DNA of 62,411 bases from assembly GCA_048885705.1 (NCBI GenBank), contig JBHLLJ010000003.1, positions 1 through 62,411 on the forward strand, read 5' to 3'. The notes below the pieces were generated by a model. It was not told where the DNA came from. It saw only the letters and a program-made list of their open reading frames with translations, and made no database searches. Position 1 is the stretch's first letter; every line of letters starts with the position of its first letter. This DNA comes from Candidatus Hermodarchaeota archaeon (GTDB lineage Archaea > Asgardarchaeota > Lokiarchaeia > Sigyniarchaeales > SOKP01). The position numbers were made by a program, and so were the translations under genes. Positions 39,090 to 48,425 of the stretch are shown here, piece after piece.

Positions 39090-39755
39090 ATGGCATTTGA
39101 CATTCCTAATATAATAATCTTGATAACTTTGTTTATTATCTTCATGATATTTCTAGTTTTTGATTTATTTGGTAGGAATGAGAAATACGGTTATTTAGCT
39201 TACCCAATTGCAGTAATACCTGTTAATTACTTTTGGGGCATGGGCGGGGATCCACTCTTTGCTTATATCATTCTATTTTTATTGTGGATAGCAGCAATAT
39301 TAAGAGATACAATAAGTATATATCGGAAAAAAGAAAAAGAAATTAATGAGATATTAATGTACTTAGCTATAAGCATTTTAATACAATTGATTATTAGCGC
39401 TATTATACCAGAAGCAAATTCTTCTCTACAATCTACTGTAGTAAAGTACTGGTTTTTCTGGTTACCTAATGTACATTCAGTTATTTTTAATCCAGGAGTT
39501 GTTGTAGCTTTCAGAATTACTGCAACTATTTTGATTTTCTTGGTTATCGTCCCTTTAATATTAGACATTAAAGACGAGGAAGTACCCTTACCAATTATTA
39601 TTATATTTGTAGTGATATTCCTTGCTCCATTTCTCTATTTAAGTTATATATGGTTACCAGATCCGGCGGGTTTCTGGACATTAACCTTCCTATTCTTAGT
39701 TGTGTTATTTCTGGTATTACTTCTTATTACTAGAAGTGGTAAGGAGACAAAGTAA
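39090..39755 (+). CDS. polytopic membrane protein, function unknown
   Basis: 221 aa with about six or seven hydrophobic spans. Confidence 0.5.
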   Translation: MAFDIPNIIILITLFIIFMIFLVFDLFGRNEKYGYLAYPIAVIPVNYFWGMGGDPLFAYIILFLLWIAAILRDTISIYRKKEKEINEILMYLAISILIQLIISAIIPEANSSLQSTVVKYWFFWLPNVHSVIFNPGVVVAFRITATILIFLVIVPLILDIKDEEVPLPIIIIFVVIFLAPFLYLSYIWLPDPAGFWTLTFLFLVVLFLVLLLITRSGKETK

Positions 39756-39871
39756 AAGAGAAATTTTTTATTCTTCTATTAAATTTTTATTATTATTTTT
39801 ATATTTATTTCATGATAAAATATCAAAATTTATCTGGAATTCAAATAATAGTTTACACTTAATATTATATA

Positions 39872-40870
39872 ATGGCAAAAAAAAAAGTAGAGTCTGAGGA
39901 GCCAAACAGTAAAGAAGTTTCTAAGTCAGAATCCTCTTATACATTAAAAGATCTCCCAGGTGTAGGAGAAGCAACTGTGAAAAAATTGAGTGAAGCTGGC
40001 ATCTTATCTATCAGAACTCTTGCTTTATTTCCATTGAACAAATTAATGGATGAAGCAGGTATAGGTGAAAAAACTGCTGAAAAAATTATAAAGATCGCTC
40101 AAGACATCGAAAAAATGGGATTTAAATCAGCTGATATTATATGGGAAAAAAGAAAGTCCTTACACAAGTTAACAACTGGTAGTCAAAATTTAGATGATTT
40201 ATTAATAGGCGGGATAGAGCCAGGAGCAGTAACAGAACTTTTTGGTGAATATAGAACTGGTAAAACACAAATAGCCCATCAATTATGTGTAAATGTCCAG
40301 CTTTCTTATGAGCAAGGAGGATTAGAAGGTGGAGCGCTATATATAGACACTGAAGGGACTTTTAGGCCGGAAAGAATTATTCAAATGGCACTTGCGAAAG
40401 ATTTAGATTATAATTCGATCCTGAAAAACATCACTGTTGGAAGGGCATATAATAGCAATCACCAAATTTTATTAGCTAAAGAAGCTCCAAAAATAATAGA
40501 TGAAAAAAAGATTAAACTAATTATTGTGGATTCTCTTATAGGGCACTTTCGAAGTGAATATATAGGGAGAGGCACTTTAGCAGAACGTCAACAAATTATA
40601 AATACACACATACATGATTTATTAAGATTAACCGAAACTTATGACGAGTTAGCAGTTGTTTTTACAAATCAAGTATCGGCCAGACCAGATGTTTTTTATG
40701 GTAATCCATTAACACACACGGGAGGACATGTCGTAGCTCATGGAGCAACAATAAGGATCTTTCTACGAAAAGGCAAAAGTGAACAGCGAATTGCTAAAGT
40801 CGTTGATGCTCCTCACATTCCTGAAAGTGATGCTATATTTTCTATTACTGAAGATGGCATAACAGATTAA
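39872..40870 (+). CDS. radA: DNA repair and recombination protein RadA
   Basis: The N-terminal HhH is DLPGVGEATVKKLSEAG. Walker A is GEYRTGKTQIAHQLCV, and Walker B is KLIIVDSL. 332 aa. Confidence 0.9.
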   Translation: MAKKKVESEEPNSKEVSKSESSYTLKDLPGVGEATVKKLSEAGILSIRTLALFPLNKLMDEAGIGEKTAEKIIKIAQDIEKMGFKSADIIWEKRKSLHKLTTGSQNLDDLLIGGIEPGAVTELFGEYRTGKTQIAHQLCVNVQLSYEQGGLEGGALYIDTEGTFRPERIIQMALAKDLDYNSILKNITVGRAYNSNHQILLAKEAPKIIDEKKIKLIIVDSLIGHFRSEYIGRGTLAERQQIINTHIHDLLRLTETYDELAVVFTNQVSARPDVFYGNPLTHTGGHVVAHGATIRIFLRKGKSEQRIAKVVDAPHIPESDAIFSITEDGITD

Positions 40871-40883
40871 GTTTGAGAAAATG

Positions 40884-41321
40884 TTAATAATCAAAATTAG
40901 TGTTTATTTCAATTCCTTTTTTTAGAGATTCTGAAATGATACAATATTGTTTAAACATTTTCTGACATTGATCTGCTCTTTTACGCATTTCTGGACTATC
41001 AATCTTAGGCCTTAATTGTATGTCTATTTTATTTATCCTCCACAATCCATTTTCATTCCTCTTACTAGTAATAAATGCTTTTCCTTCAAAGTCAGACAAT
41101 GAATAATTTTTTTTCTGTAAACAAAATGCATAGCTAGCAGCTAAACACCCTAAAACCGATAATGCCAACAGTTTCGAAGGATTTGGTCCAATTTTATCTA
41201 TTGATTTCTTATGTTGTTCATCAATAAATAAGTCATTCATATTAAGTTGCCCCAGATCGCATTTAAATAGCAGATCTTCTTCTAATCTTATGCCAACTTC
41301 AGATTTATGCTCATCTGGCAA
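40884..41321 (-). CDS. OsmC/Ohr-family protein (paralogue 1)
   Basis: GPNPSKLLALSVLGCLAASYAFCL and ADQCQKMFKQYCIISESL are the two conserved Cys regions of the OsmC family. TTG start. Confidence 0.7.
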   Translation of the reverse strand: MPDEHKSEVGIRLEEDLLFKCDLGQLNMNDLFIDEQHKKSIDKIGPNPSKLLALSVLGCLAASYAFCLQKKNYSLSDFEGKAFITSKRNENGLWRINKIDIQLRPKIDSPEMRKRADQCQKMFKQYCIISESLKKGIEINTNFDY

Positions 41322-41355
41322 ATTTAATTCACCTTTATTAAAAAAAATAAGAAAA

Positions 41356-41829
41356 TTATAGTTTTAGATTAACATTAACTTCCACACCGGTACGAACGCT
41401 TTGAGTTACAATACAATATTGCTCAAAAAAACTTACACCATCTTTTGTTTCTTTTAAGCATTGTTTTGCTCTTTTAAGAGTTTCCGGATCTTGTATTTTT
41501 GGTTCAATCTTTACATCAATCTTTTTCACTCTCCAGAAACCTTTTTCATTCCGTGCTATTGTAACTTCTGCTTCACTTTTAAAATCATCCACTTTGAAAT
41601 TTCTTTTCTTTAAACAGAAAATAAAACTAGCACTTAAACATCCTAAAACTCCCAAAGCTAGCATTCTTGATGGATTTGGTCCTAACATATCAACTTCTTC
41701 ATGATGTTCTTCGTCAATATAACAATCTTTAACTTTCATATTCCCTAAATCGCATTTAAATATCATTTGCGAATCTATATCAGCTAATTTTATACCAACT
41801 TTAGTTTTTAATTCATCTGAAATAATAAT
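41356..41829 (-). CDS. OsmC/Ohr-family protein (paralogue 2), probably starting at an ATT codon upstream of the track ATG
   Basis: GPNPSRMLALGVLGCLSASFIFCL...FFEQYCIVTQSV. The in-frame upstream sequence IIISDELKTKVGIKLADIDSQ aligns with the PDEHKSEVGIRLEED N-terminus of paralogue 1. Confidence 0.6.
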   Translation of the reverse strand: MIISDELKTKVGIKLADIDSQMIFKCDLGNMKVKDCYIDEEHHEEVDMLGPNPSRMLALGVLGCLSASFIFCLKKRNFKVDDFKSEAEVTIARNEKGFWRVKKIDVKIEPKIQDPETLKRAKQCLKETKDGVSFFEQYCIVTQSVRTGVEVNVNLKL

Positions 41830-41857
41830 CCCTCATCTATATTGTTTAAAGAGAATC

Positions 41858-42376
41858 CTATTTATTAGAAGCCATATTTTTAAAAATAGAGAATAATTTT
41901 TCTTTTTTTACTTTATTATCTCTAACATTTTTGAGTAATTCATTAATTTTAGTTAACTCTACTTGATAATATTTTAAATCTTCTTTAATTTCCGATTGGA
42001 TAATTGATAATTGAACAGAATCATCTATCTTACAGGCATTTCTAACAAATTTAAGGCATTGGTTAATTCTTGAATAGATTAACTCATCTTTTAATTGTTT
42101 ATCAACTATGATATTAATTTTTTTAATTAATAAACCTCCAGTTTCATTTTTTATAGTTTGTATTTGAACATGGGGGAATTCTAATTCCTTTCTGTTATTT
42201 CTCAAGCAATTTACTAAAGAAGCGTTTAAACAATTAATAAATGTTTTATCGGATAGTATAGAGGTAGTTACTGATAATGTGTCTATATCTAATTCACCTA
42301 CCTCTTCAAGAATACAGTTAAACAGATTAGTATCATTTAAATTGCATTCAAAAACATTTAACTCATTTTCATTCAT
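41858..42376 (-). CDS. divergent OsmC-like paralogue with C-terminal helical extension (tentative)
   Basis: It has the same size class and position in the tandem array. VFECNLNDTNLF parallels LFKCDLGQLNM, and INQCLKFVRNACKIDDSVQL parallels ADQCQKMFKQYCIISESL. The central Cys motif is degenerate. Confidence 0.35.
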   Translation of the reverse strand: MNENELNVFECNLNDTNLFNCILEEVGELDIDTLSVTTSILSDKTFINCLNASLVNCLRNNRKELEFPHVQIQTIKNETGGLLIKKINIIVDKQLKDELIYSRINQCLKFVRNACKIDDSVQLSIIQSEIKEDLKYYQVELTKINELLKNVRDNKVKKEKLFSIFKNMASNK

Positions 42377-42459
42377 AAGAATCAGTTGATTCTATAATTT
42401 TTTTTAAACTATTTTACACTAATTAATGTAATTTCTTACAAAAATCTTTTATCTTTCAA

Positions 42460-43068
42460 TTATAATTTTGTATCTCTGTGGTTTTTTTCAATTTTTTTAA
42501 GAGTAAAGTGACGATATAGGTGAAAAAATAACCAAATAAAATATAGGAAAATCATTAAAAAATATTCTAAAGCAAAAATTACAATAAATATAACCATTAA
42601 AACGAAAATTATAAATTCTATTCCTAAGCATATTTTATTACTGTAATACTTTTCATCAAAAAATGACGCTGGTAACTTATACTCAGCTAGATACTGAGAT
42701 AAATTTTCAAATTCTTCTTTTGAAATCAAGAATTTAAAACCAACTTGCTTTTTCTGAAAGTAAAAAAAATTTGTACCCCAATCAAGAGTATCGATAAAAA
42801 TATGAATAGAATAACTAAAACCACTGAGGATTAACGGAGGCAAGAAAAATATATATCCAATTATAATTATCACTATACTTGGAATTATTGAATGAGTAAT
42901 TAATAATCTATGATTATGATCTTTAGCATATTTATTGAAAAAAACATCAAAGTCGCAAATAAATGAAAAAAGTACAATAAGTATAAATTCTAGCAGAGTA
43001 AAGTTAAAAAAAATATTTAAAATCGAGGCAAAAATAAGACCGACGGCAAAATGAAAATTAATATGCAT
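42460..43068 (-). CDS. membrane-bound metal-dependent hydrolase-like protein (DUF457/YdjM-like)
   Basis: MHINFHFAVGL..., CDFD and HRLLITHS match the His/Asp pattern of DUF457 membrane hydrolases. It has multiple TM spans. Confidence 0.5.
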   Translation of the reverse strand: MHINFHFAVGLIFASILNIFFNFTLLEFILIVLFSFICDFDVFFNKYAKDHNHRLLITHSIIPSIVIIIIGYIFFLPPLILSGFSYSIHIFIDTLDWGTNFFYFQKKQVGFKFLISKEEFENLSQYLAEYKLPASFFDEKYYSNKICLGIEFIIFVLMVIFIVIFALEYFLMIFLYFIWLFFHLYRHFTLKKIEKNHRDTKL

Positions 43069-43084
43069 ATAACTAACTTTTAGT

Positions 43085-44068
43085 CTAATTTATATATATT
43101 TTTTTGTTGATTCTTTTTATAACTTCTTTTTTTGATACAAAACCATTAGGCCCTTTTTTTTCAATTAAAAATGAAGCAGCTGCGGATGCTAAACAAGCTG
43201 CCCTTTTAATTGATTCCCATGATTTATCTGAATGAATAAATTCGTACAAGAATATCGAAAAATAAACATCACCAGCACCAGTTTCATCTATAACTTTTTT
43301 GGACTTAAATGCAGGAATATACAACATCTTCTCTCCTTTTTTAGTAAGCATCGATCCATTTTCCCCTAAAGTTATGATATAAATTCCATAATTATCATAT
43401 TTATTGCAGTGAATCATAACTTTTTCAGAATCATTACATTCCCTAGCAAGTAAATTCATTTCTTCTTCTGATCCCTTTAAAATCAACCTATCTCCAATTA
43501 AATCAATAATTTTTTCGATTTTAGAGATGATTTGCTTATCATAAATATAAGAGACATTACCATGGTCATCAATTTTTCTAAGAAAACCTTGTAAATCAAT
43601 ACCAATGAAAGCATCGGGAAATTTTTTTAAAATTTGAGATACATATTCATATGAGATTTCATTACATAATGGAACAAGCACTATTACTTCAGGAGGATTG
43701 TTAAGATACTCTATTGGAATATCATTAAAATTAAGGTTAGGACTTTTGGATCTAAGAGTTAAGTTCCGTGTATGATTAAAATAATCTAATACAAAATTTG
43801 TATTTTTTACTTGAGAATACTTAATTCCTCTTAAATCAATATTTTTGTTCTTAATTTTTTCTAATAGTGAGTTATTAAAATTTAGTTTTCCAATGTGTGA
43901 AATTATGCCAATTTTAGCATCTTGAGTATATTTACTTAATGCTAAGGAACAGTATGACACACTTCCTCCAAGACTAGGTTTGTTTAAGCGTTTAAATCTT
44001 ATTATATTATCGATAGCGAAATGGCCTGCAAATATAATAGAGGGATGGTTTTTATTTAGATTATTCAT
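43085..44068 (-). CDS. PfkB-family carbohydrate/nucleoside kinase
   Basis: It has the C-terminal DETGAGDVYFSIFL (DTxGAGD) motif and a ribokinase-like N-terminus. Its start abuts the stop of the upstream gene (TAAATG). Confidence 0.75.
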   Translation of the reverse strand: MNNLNKNHPSIIFAGHFAIDNIIRFKRLNKPSLGGSVSYCSLALSKYTQDAKIGIISHIGKLNFNNSLLEKIKNKNIDLRGIKYSQVKNTNFVLDYFNHTRNLTLRSKSPNLNFNDIPIEYLNNPPEVIVLVPLCNEISYEYVSQILKKFPDAFIGIDLQGFLRKIDDHGNVSYIYDKQIISKIEKIIDLIGDRLILKGSEEEMNLLARECNDSEKVMIHCNKYDNYGIYIITLGENGSMLTKKGEKMLYIPAFKSKKVIDETGAGDVYFSIFLYEFIHSDKSWESIKRAACLASAAASFLIEKKGPNGFVSKKEVIKRINKKIYIN

Positions 44069-45175
44069 TTATGAGGATTTTAATTCTTCGATAATTTTAT
44101 TCTTTTCCTCAATTGTTATTTTTAATTTATTAATTTTATTTTGTAAATCTTCTACTAAACTGGTCATTGGGCCCTTTGATATTGATGGCTGAGTTTGTTC
44201 AGATGATTTCAATTCCACAATCAAAAGATCTTTTTCTTTTATCTGTTCCTGAAGATTGTTAATTTTCTCGCTGATTTGAGGTTCTTCCTTCTGTTTGATT
44301 TTCAAAGATTCTTGTAATTCTAATATTTCATTTTTTAACGATTCATTTTCTTTTTTAATTTTTTTCATTTCCTCTGGTTCTAATTGAAAACCTCCACTTT
44401 CAAGTGCTTTATTTAACTCCTCCTTTTCCTTGGACAATCTTTCTATGTGTTTCTTGTATTTATTTAAATCTTGTTGAAGATCTTGGCATAATCTTTCAAG
44501 AGTTTCAGTTGATGGCTGGGTGGATTGAGGTCTAATTACCGATGGTGTAGGTTGCTCCACAGGGACAACATAATCAATGGGTAATGATTTCAGCTTTTCG
44601 ACTAATTGTTGATTTAAAGCTTCATTTTCTTCAGTTAGAACATTAACTTTTTTTTCTAATTCCTCATATTGACTCTTTTTTTTTGCTAATTCGGATTTCA
44701 AGTCATTTATCAAAGTGATATTTACTTCAGAATCCATTGGAGGAACGCCGACCTTCGATTTTAAAGAGGCGTCTAATTTGGTTTGTAATTCAATTTTCTC
44801 ATTATTTCTTGCTCTTAATTCTACTTCTTTTTCTGCTAACCTTTTTTCTAACTCTATTACTTTATTATTAAGAGATATATTCTTTTGTTGAAGATCACTA
44901 ATATTTGTTACATCACTTATTCCTCCATGTGTTAATTGTGCTCTTAACCTCTCATTTTCTTCAAGAGTACTCTTAATAACTTTTTCAGTTCTACTAATTA
45001 AATCTATATTATCTTTAATCTTATTTCTTAATAGCTCATTTTCTTGTTCTACCTCCTTTATTCTCTCTAAAGTTTCTCCGATGGCACTAGGTTTATCACC
45101 TTCTTTTTCCATTTTCTTCTTCCATAAACTAATGAAATCATCTACTTTTTCATTTTCTTCCGGCATTTTTTTCAA
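44069..45175 (-). CDS. long coiled-coil protein, function unknown
   Basis: 368 aa, E/K/L/N-rich with heptad-like sequence throughout. The start is the TTG at 45175 or the ATG at 45166. Confidence 0.5.
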   Translation of the reverse strand: MKKMPEENEKVDDFISLWKKKMEKEGDKPSAIGETLERIKEVEQENELLRNKIKDNIDLISRTEKVIKSTLEENERLRAQLTHGGISDVTNISDLQQKNISLNNKVIELEKRLAEKEVELRARNNEKIELQTKLDASLKSKVGVPPMDSEVNITLINDLKSELAKKKSQYEELEKKVNVLTEENEALNQQLVEKLKSLPIDYVVPVEQPTPSVIRPQSTQPSTETLERLCQDLQQDLNKYKKHIERLSKEKEELNKALESGGFQLEPEEMKKIKKENESLKNEILELQESLKIKQKEEPQISEKINNLQEQIKEKDLLIVELKSSEQTQPSISKGPMTSLVEDLQNKINKLKITIEEKNKIIEELKSS

Positions 45176-45214
45176 AACCTTTTTATGTTCTAACTTTTGA
45201 ATAATTAATTTAGT

Positions 45215-46099
45215 TTATTTCAATATTATTCCAGAAAAATATCCAACACAATAACCACTAATATTTCCAGTTCTTTCAGAACTTGTATAATATTTTAATA
45301 ATTTTCCCTCATTTGCATTTAAATTCTTACATATCATCATTAAAGAACTTATAGTTTGAGGTCCACAAACTGTTGTTCTTGATGCAGCTTCAAATGTAAT
45401 TTTAGGTTCACCTTTGACAAAGGCATCAATCACTTGATGATCTTTTTCCTTGAATTTTTCTAATTGTTTGGAATCGTATACTTCTTTATGGGTCATGTCA
45501 GAAGAAGCAACAATTACTACATCCTTATCATATGATTCAATTGCTTTAGCAATATCGGTTGATATTTTATTCAAGACATTAAAATCTTTATTAGAGATTA
45601 TTATTGGTATAAATTCGACATCTTTATCCTGAGCGCAATATTTAATAAACGGTAATTGGACTTCAATATTATGTTCTCGTCCAAAGGGAAAACCCATAAA
45701 TGCAGACTCGTCTTTCTTTATGATTTCACTATTTTCAAGAATCTTTTTTGATAATTCTTTATCAATTTTAATATTACCTAAGGGAGTTTCCCATTCTCCC
45801 TCATCCATCAAAGCTATTTTCCCGTAACCAACATGATCCGTACCTAAAACAATAATAGTATCCGGGATTTTCTCTTTAAATAAATTTAAATATGTAAATG
45901 CAGCACAACATCCAGAATAGACATATCCTGCATGAGGAGAAACCCCACCAATAATAGATCTTTGTTCTTGGTTTAGAGTTTTTGGTTCTTCTCCAGGTCC
46001 AAAAGTCTTATTCACAAATGATTCTTTTATTATATTAATTAGGTCTTGTTTATGTCCTGGATAAAAACTACCAGCCACAGCAGCTTTACGGATAACCAT
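45215..46099 (-). CDS. MEMO1-family protein (AmmeMemoRadiSam system protein B-like)
   Basis: AGSFYPG...GGVSPHAGYVYSG...LGTDH...SSDMTH are the MEMO/extradiol-dioxygenase-like signature residues. Confidence 0.8.
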   Translation of the reverse strand: MVIRKAAVAGSFYPGHKQDLINIIKESFVNKTFGPGEEPKTLNQEQRSIIGGVSPHAGYVYSGCCAAFTYLNLFKEKIPDTIIVLGTDHVGYGKIALMDEGEWETPLGNIKIDKELSKKILENSEIIKKDESAFMGFPFGREHNIEVQLPFIKYCAQDKDVEFIPIIISNKDFNVLNKISTDIAKAIESYDKDVVIVASSDMTHKEVYDSKQLEKFKEKDHQVIDAFVKGEPKITFEAASRTTVCGPQTISSLMMICKNLNANEGKLLKYYTSSERTGNISGYCVGYFSGIILK

Positions 46100-46221
46100 T
46101 TTTTTACCTTTATCATTTTTTAATTATATTGCTAAAATTATTAATGTTGAAATTTATATAATATCATCTGATTAATGTAAAATTGAAAGATTTATTAAGT
46201 CATTTTTAATACCTCCTAGTG

Positions 46222-46815
46222 ATGAACCAAGTAAAGGATGAACAAATCTCTCTTGATGACATTGAAGTACCAGATAAAATCCCTACAAAATTCATAAATT
46301 CAAGAGTGATTGTTTTCAATCCTCTATATGCATCCTATTTATATGTGAAGAAAGGATTTTTTGGTTCTCCATTAGGAATCCATAAACCCAGATTAGAATA
46401 TTTTTCCAAACCAAGTGAATTGTCATTAATAGAAGCGTATTATCTCTTGGAAAAAGATGAAATTACTATCTTCGATGTAAAAGAAAATAATTATTTAGAA
46501 CCGGAGAAATTCCATGAGATTGCTAAGAAAATACATCATAAATTTGAGGAAAAATATATTATTTACAAGGATTTAAGAGAAAAAGGATATATCCCTAGAC
46601 CAGGGTTAAAATTTGGAGCAGATTTCGTTGTATACAAAAAGGGACCGGGACTTGAACATTCTCTTTTCATGGTTCATGTTTTACCGCATGATTCAGAACT
46701 TTCAGCTGTGGATATGGTCAGAGCTGGACGTTTAGCAACATCTGTAAGAAAAAAATTTGTAATTGCTAATCCACTCACTTGTAGCTACTACTTTTTTGAG
46801 TGGTTTAAACCTTGA
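46222..46815 (+). CDS. endA: tRNA-splicing endonuclease (tRNA-intron lyase)
   Basis: YKDLREKGYIPRPGLKFGADFVVYKKGP...HSLFMVHV...SVRKKFVIA contains the conserved Tyr/His/Lys region of archaeal EndA. A GTG at 46219 immediately precedes the ATG. Confidence 0.8.
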   Translation: MNQVKDEQISLDDIEVPDKIPTKFINSRVIVFNPLYASYLYVKKGFFGSPLGIHKPRLEYFSKPSELSLIEAYYLLEKDEITIFDVKENNYLEPEKFHEIAKKIHHKFEEKYIIYKDLREKGYIPRPGLKFGADFVVYKKGPGLEHSLFMVHVLPHDSELSAVDMVRAGRLATSVRKKFVIANPLTCSYYFFEWFKP

Positions 46816-46835
46816 TAATTTTATAAAGAATTTTA

Positions 46836-47162
46836 TTAATTAATTTTAGCTTTCTCCCTTTTCAAGCTTTTAAATTTAATTTCAGCTTTATTCTTCTCCA
46901 ATCGAAAATCACTAATTTTGACTGTTGAATATTTAGTACCAGTTGGATAAGTATTTCTTTCAATTAATATATAAACAAAAACTGTGAGAACTGATAAAGT
47001 AGTAATCGTTATAACTATTATAAGTACAAGGAGCACTATAGAAAATGTCCTACCTCTGGAATTTTTAAAAAAAAATAGAGAGCTTATCTCTCTTTTGGTT
47101 AATCCTAATTCCTTTCCAATTTTATATATCCTAAAAATAGTATCTATCATTTCTATAAACAC
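46836..47162 (-). CDS. small single-span membrane protein, paralogue B of 49757..50002
   Basis: GTG-TTT start. It shares the motifs YKIGKELGL, one hydrophobic span, and YPTGTKYSTVKISDF with paralogue A. It has an extra Lys-rich tail. Confidence 0.5.
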   Translation of the reverse strand: MFIEMIDTIFRIYKIGKELGLTKREISSLFFFKNSRGRTFSIVLLVLIIVITITTLSVLTVFVYILIERNTYPTGTKYSTVKISDFRLEKNKAEIKFKSLKREKAKIN

Positions 47163-47182
47163 TCACCTCTCAAATTCAGATT

Positions 47183-48307
47183 TTATATATTTAAGATTTT
47201 CGAATAAAAATTTTTATATTTTGATAAAATAGAATCCATTTTTCCTTTTGTTTTTAACATTTGGGAATTAAAATGAAGATCCTCTATTGATCGTAAACAA
47301 TAAGGTGAATTATCTGATTTTATAGCAGATCTAGTCCCTAAACAACCTCCTTTGCATTCATTCACCATATCGCAACTTTTACAATATCCGTGTAAACTCT
47401 CCTTTGTAAAATTTCGATTATAGTTAAAGGCTTGAGGGTTAGATAAAATTTGTTTTAGAGGTTGATTCCGTATATTTCCTTCAATAAATTTATCTGAAAG
47501 AGTTAAGCAACCTTTAATATTTCCATTGCTTTGAATACCTAGTACAGAATATCCAGCTTGACAACCAATCCATGGTGCTAATCCTAAATTCGGTATAAAT
47601 CTTGAAAAATAACCAAAACAATGAGCTCCAATTACAGGAAGTCTTCGATAGGAATATTTTTTCACATTGATTGCTATAAACATTGCTAATGCATAATATT
47701 CTTCCCTTGAAATCATTAAATCTTTAGGAAATCGTCCAATTGGGACTGCCAATTGAATTTGCCATGACATATTTCGGTCTAAAATTAAATTTTTAATTAA
47801 ATCTACTTCCTTTAAGTTCTTTTTATTAACTGCAGTTATTATTGAAACAGGAAGTTTTTCTTTTTTTAAAATTTTCATTGCATTTAGAGTTTTATCATAG
47901 GCACCTTTAATTCCTCTAAGATAATCATGTGTTTCGGGAGTTCCACCGTCTAGACTTAAAGATACACAATCTACATTTAGTTTTTTTAATTTTTGAATAT
48001 GATTAAGAACATTTAATCCATTTGTAACAATTGATAAATCCATTTTATATTTCTTAACTTCTTTCGCAATTGAATACCAATCCTCTCGAATTAAAGGTTC
48101 TCCCCCCATTAATGCTACACCTTTATACCCACATGAATGTAACTCATTAACTAATTTTAATGATTCCTCAGTAGTTAATTCGTCTGAACGAGCACTACCG
48201 GCTCTAGATCCACAATGAATACATTTGCTATTACATTTTAGAGTAATTTCCCACACAGCACAGGAGTTTTTAATTCTACGGGTTAAAAGTGTTATTAAAC
48301 TTGGCAT
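47183..48307 (-). CDS. radical SAM enzyme with C-terminal SPASM domain
   Basis: The radical SAM motif is CNSKCIHC (CX3CX2C). The SPASM pattern is complete: C...NGNIKGC (Gx4C), CKSCDMVNECKGGC (CX2CX5CX3C) and a trailing SPYC. Confidence 0.85.
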   Translation of the reverse strand: MPSLITLLTRRIKNSCAVWEITLKCNSKCIHCGSRAGSARSDELTTEESLKLVNELHSCGYKGVALMGGEPLIREDWYSIAKEVKKYKMDLSIVTNGLNVLNHIQKLKKLNVDCVSLSLDGGTPETHDYLRGIKGAYDKTLNAMKILKKEKLPVSIITAVNKKNLKEVDLIKNLILDRNMSWQIQLAVPIGRFPKDLMISREEYYALAMFIAINVKKYSYRRLPVIGAHCFGYFSRFIPNLGLAPWIGCQAGYSVLGIQSNGNIKGCLTLSDKFIEGNIRNQPLKQILSNPQAFNYNRNFTKESLHGYCKSCDMVNECKGGCLGTRSAIKSDNSPYCLRSIEDLHFNSQMLKTKGKMDSILSKYKNFYSKILNI

Positions 48308-48425
48308 TGACGTTTTAGGATTTCATTATTGAAATATAAAATTGAATAAATTTCTTTAAAAACTTTTATATTTAAAATTGGCCATTTCATAATATAATCT
48401 TGGTGAATATTACATTAACTAATTT

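Noticed and set aside
39263-39897. Track ORFs 39263..39568 (-) and 39700..39897 (+).
   Set aside because: The first is antisense to the polytopic membrane protein gene. The second spans the AT-rich radA promoter region and has low-complexity sequence.
43980-47232. Track ORFs 43980..44192 (+), 45450..45632 (+) and 46984..47232 (+).
   Set aside because: They are antisense shadows of the PfkB and coiled-coil genes, the MEMO gene, and the small membrane protein and radical SAM genes.
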